This document shows, in pieces, positions 32,123 through 36,270 of a DNA stretch of 36,270 nucleotides. How positions within the stretch are numbered: the first letter of the stretch is position 1; each line of letters begins with the position of its first letter. The position numbers and the translations under genes are program-made. The notes under the pieces were generated by a model. The model searched no databases. It saw only the letters and a list, made by a program, of their open reading frames with translations, and was not told the DNA's origin. Origin of the DNA: Octopus bimaculoides (taxonomy: Eukaryota); contig NC_068991.1 of the NCBI RefSeq assembly GCF_001194135.2, forward strand, positions 31,502,629-31,538,898. The letters are read 5' to 3'.

Positions 32123-32776
32123 AATGCNNNNNNNNNNNNNNNNNNNNNNNNNNNNNNNNNNNNNNNNNNNNNNNNNNNNNNNNNNNNNNNNNNNNNNNNN
32201 NNNNNNNNNNNNNNNNNNNNNNNNNNNNNNNNNNNNNNNNNNNNNNNNNNNNNNNNNNNNNNNNNNNNNNNNNNNNNNNNNNNNNNNNNNNNNNNNNNNN
32301 NNNNNNNNNNNNNNNNNNNNNNNNNNNNNNNNNNNNNNNNNNNNNNNNNNNNNNNNNNNNNNNNNNNNNNNNNNNNNNNNNNNNNNNNNNNNNNNNNNNN
32401 NNNNNNNNNNNNNNNNNNNNNNNNNNNNNNNNNNNNNNNNNNNNNNNNNNNNNNNNNNNNNNNNNNNNNNNNNNNNNNNNNNNNNNNNNNNNNNNNNNNN
32501 NNNNNNNNNNNNNNNNNNNNNNNNNNNNNNNNNNNNNNNNNNNNNNNNNNNNNNNNNNNNNNNNNNNNNNNNNNNNNNNNNNNNNNNNNNNNNNNNNNNN
32601 NNNNNNNNNNNNNNNNNNNNNNNNNNNNNNNNNNNNNNNNNNNNNNNNNNNNNNNNNNNNNNNNNNNNNNNNNNNNNNNNNNNNNNNNNNNNNNNNNNNN
32701 NNNNNNNNNNNNNNNNNNNNNNNNNNNNNNNNNNNNNNNNNNNNNNNNNNNNNNNNNNNNNNNNNNNNNNNNNNNN

Positions 32777-32840
<64 letters not shown>

Positions 32841-33469
32841 CATATATATATATAATAACCGACTAAGGGATAAAATATCCGTATATACTATCGCTATCCG
32901 TTACTCGTGTTATCTCAGGACATGAGTATGCTGGCACACTTTGCTTATAGAGTACAGGTAACAACAGAATAAACAAAAGTTTATCAGGAAGCAAATATAA
33001 ATAATCAGAAAAAGGAGAAGACCTCAGATCAACAAGCGCATCAATTGCAGAACATGGCATAACATTTATGTGACATTATAAATCTTACGGCCATTTCTGC
33101 ATCCGGTGCCGATCAATGTTTACAAATAAATGCGAAAATAAAATTCCTCATCTTCATAGGACATTTGAATCAGGGTACGGTGCTTCATCAGAGTAAAACA
33201 AAAGCATCCAAAATAAACAAAAGGAAGAAGGAATAGGAAAAAAACATGACCTAGAAAAGAAGGCTGGAAGCCCAAAATATTAAAAGTATATAAACTACCA
33301 TCCTAGGACTACGAAAATCCGTAGGTAAGAAAGTGAACTAGTACTGGTCTAGGGAGAATTTTGGGGGGTAATTCCAATATAAGGGGGAACCAAGATGTTT
33401 TAAAAGTTATGAAAAGAAATTATCAAAAAATAATAATGCAAGGAAACTAACTAACATGACTGTCAATGG

Positions 33470-33740
33470 ACATTACCTGTGATTTTCTGTTCGATGAAGC
33501 TTACATAGAGTACCTCTTTTCTTATATTGCTACTTACATATCTTTGATGTAACACTGCTCCAGCCACAGGTTTTCGATACACGTTCACACGGAATAAATC
33601 ATTTCACAGCATGATCGATAAATACATTTACTGATAATATTCGATCTCTGATCTATTGTCGTGTTATGATCTTTATCTCCATACCATTACATCAAGACAT
33701 TCAACATTTGCACCAATACATTGTGGAGTTTCCACTAATC
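33470..33740 (-). mobile_element. Possible very decayed Penelope RT thumb relic
   Basis: Minus-strand CLDVMV..FRVNVYRKP and, in another frame, FIPCE..QYKKRG; weak similarity only. Confidence 0.28.
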
Positions 33741-34060
33741 CAACTAGTTTTCGTAATAAACTAACATGTAACACCTAAGATACAATACATGTAAACATTT
33801 TTAAGGACATAAATACCCTTCACACAGTTTGGAATAGATAACGAAAGCCATTTTGATTTTATACAAAGATTGTGTTCGATAAACACAAGACTATTGAGAT
33901 GGTAATCCAGCATCAGCTTCAAGCTTATTTTCCTTACTCGTTTATTCATTTATATATCTATCTATTTATTTCATTGCTCAATTATAATATAACATCAAAC
34001 AGAACTCAGATCAACAGTCTGTGCATATTTGTATTTAAAACAAGAAAATATACAAGATTG

Positions 34061-34140
34061 GATACAGGAATTTTGCTGGTCTTAGACTGTAGCCATAGTC
34101 GATACAGGAATTTTGCTGGTCTTAGACTGTGGCAATGGTG
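34061..34140. repeat. 40-bp tandem duplication (first 30 bp identical)
   Basis: GATACAGGAATTTTGCTGGTCTTAGACTGT at 34061-34090 and 34101-34130. Confidence 0.95.
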
Positions 34141-34640
34141 AGGCAAAGCCTGCTAAAATATCGATTACATCTCTCTCCACTTCATTTATATTACTCACTT
34201 CAAATGGGTTAAAGGAATAGTGCACTTGCGTGAGTGTGCGTGTGTGTACATGTGTGTGAGTGCGTTTGTGTATGTGTGTGTGTGCGTGTGTGTGTGTGTG
34301 TGTGTTTGTGTGTGCTCTAAACGGAATGAACTGAAAATAATCAAGGTATGCAATATTGCAATAAAGTATATATTTTGATTTTCCGGTGTGTATGATTATG
34401 GTTGTGTAAGATAAATGGATGAAGAAAATAAAACAGAAGCACGTGTATATACTTCAACAGCAGGACTCCAAAGAGATGTGGTTCAGCCGCCAGAATCTGA
34501 TGCTGACATTAACATTCATTAACACTGCTTTACAAAAGACTACCTACGGACTACATTACATCACCATCAAACCACCATCACCACCACAAATACCTTCGCC
34601 AACATCACGAGCCAACTCACGAAGCAGCGAAAGCAACTAT

Positions 34641-34801
34641 ACTGATCGCTTGATCTGCTAGAAATAGCCACCAAATCTCCCTCAAATAAAATTGAATCGT
34701 CTTAGAAAATATTAGTTCTTTGCACATAGGAATATGATGCGCTGGTCACAGCTAAGATACCTTTAATATTAGACTTGGTCGATTATGGTTGATTAAGGGT
34801 T
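34641..34801 (+). repeat. Interspersed repeat family C copy
   Basis: CTGCTAGAAATAGCCACCAAATCTCCCTCAAAT; 3' part resembles the reverse complement of the motif at 15935-15980. Confidence 0.6.
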
Positions 34802-34819
34802 ATGTTTTTTTTAAATCCC

Positions 34820-35300
34820 TACCACCATTACTACCACAATAGCAACAACCAATACCATCACTACAACAACCGCTACTAACACCAACATAATGCAACAATC
34901 ACCACAACCACCCACACTAGCACAATCACAACCAACATAACCACTACAACCGACACAAACACCGCCACCACAACCACTACTACCTCTACTACCATCACCA
35001 CCAGCACCAGCACAATTAACACTTTCATCACCAACAACACCACCTTCATAGACACTATGACACCACCACCACGATCATAGTAATCACTACATTATCAGCT
35101 ACACACACACAAACACTGACTGCTATCACCGACGATATCACCGTTGGTGGTGGTCATGCACCAGCACCACTACAGAGGACGGCTCTTATAATTAAGACCA
35201 CCCAAATTGTTGGCGAAAAAGAAGTCTATCATTAAAACAACAACAACAACAACAACGGCGGTAGAAGCGGTAACAGCAACAACGACAACAACAAAAACAC
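34820..35300. repeat. Decayed (ACC/AAC)n low-complexity tract
   Basis: Directly visible cryptic trinucleotide periodicity. Confidence 0.85.
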
Positions 35301-35379
35301 AAACACTTTCAGATAAGTGACGTCATGCAACTTAAACAAAACCTGTTGGTGTCTTCATCACTCGCGTAAAAACACGGGA

Positions 35380-35425
<46 letters not shown>

Positions 35426-35733
35426 NNNNNNNNNNNNNNNNNNNNNNNNNNNNNNNNNNNNNNNNNNNNNNNNNNNNNNNNNNNNNNNNNNNNNNNNNNN
35501 NNNNNNNNNNNNNNNNNNNNNNNNNNNNNNNNNNNNNNNNNNNNNNNNNNNNNNNNNNNNNNNNNNNNNNNNNNNNNNNNNNNNNNNNNNNNNNNNNNNN
35601 NNNNNNNNNNNNNNNNNNNNNNNNNNNNNNNNNNNNNNNNNNNNNNNNNNNNNNNNNNNNNNNNNNNNNNNNNNNNNNNNNNNNNNNNNNNNNNNNNNNN
35701 NNNNNNNNNNNNNNNNNNNNNNNNNNNNNNNNN

Positions 35734-35792
<59 letters not shown>

Positions 35793-36270
35793 CTGTGCCC
35801 GAAGTATATTTAATATATATATATGTTTGTATATATCTATAAAAGCATGCATGCATAAATGCATGTATATGTCTGCGCACGCGTGTGTGTGAAAATGTTA
35901 TATATAATATGTATACATATGTATACATATATATACGTATAATATGTATACGTAGTACTTAATTATATATTCACATGGATTTTGTATTTATCTCTATGTT
36001 TGTATGTTATATGTGTGTGTGTGTGTGTGTGTTTATAAGGGTATTTGTATGGGTATATCACGAAATCTGGTCCATTTACTCTGTGACGTCATTAGTCGGT
36101 TAAGTGCTGGTCGAAGTTTCAACTTTCACTTTTAAAAAACTTTTAAAGTTTAAAAGTTGTTTGGTGAGGTGTTTGAGATGAGGCTGTATAGCATCTTGTT
36201 TGGAGTAAACTCGTCAGTTGTCGGCGTTGACTGCTTCTGCTGCTAATGAGGATAATGTTGATGATAATGG

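Noticed and set aside
32919-32957. 39-nt AG/GT-bounded mini-exon (DMSMLAHFAYRVQ)
   Set aside because: Weak pyrimidine tract, and it hits a stop if joined in phase to the 31044-31151 exon.
34061-34140. CRISPR-like repeat-spacer-repeat
   Set aside because: Only two units, a 10-nt spacer similar to the sequence after the second unit, eukaryotic context and no cas genes.
34820-35100. Thr-rich mucin-like exon
   Set aside because: A decayed (ACC)n tract with no start codon or splice support; such tracts read as Thr by construction.
512-35928. Dozens of ORFs rich in CV, YI, HT, SL, RE or poly-Y/F/S, and ORFs spanning X runs
   Set aside because: They are translations of microsatellites or N-gaps, with no coding evidence.

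Overview
AT-rich, repeat-dominated animal genomic DNA from a gapped draft scaffold. Ten N-gaps total about 3 kb, and most sit next to (TA)n/(CA)n/(GA)n microsatellites. The SINE families and microsatellite load suggest an octopus (inference, not database-checked). No intact protein-coding gene, rRNA, true tRNA or CRISPR array is visible, and most listed ORFs are microsatellite or N-gap artefacts. The window is a layered transposon graveyard: a CR1/L2-type LINE 3' end, several tRNA-derived SINE families, TA-flanked MITEs (one a ~470-bp foldback), Tc1/mariner and probable piggyBac relics, two architecturally different Penelope-like elements, an old R4/Dong-type LINE, and a cluster of four R4/Dong fragments inside (TAA)n tracts. 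Best leads: (1) a 36-nt 3' tail shared by the LINE and the main SINE with a compensatory change in its stem-loop, suggesting a LINE-SINE partnership; (2) the (TAA)n-targeted R4/Dong cluster; (3) a hammerhead-like motif at 8818-8880; (4) Naiad-like Penelope fragments; (5) two candidate host exons at 30913-31151. I found no evidence for a wholly new biological system. All alignments and translations were done by eye.
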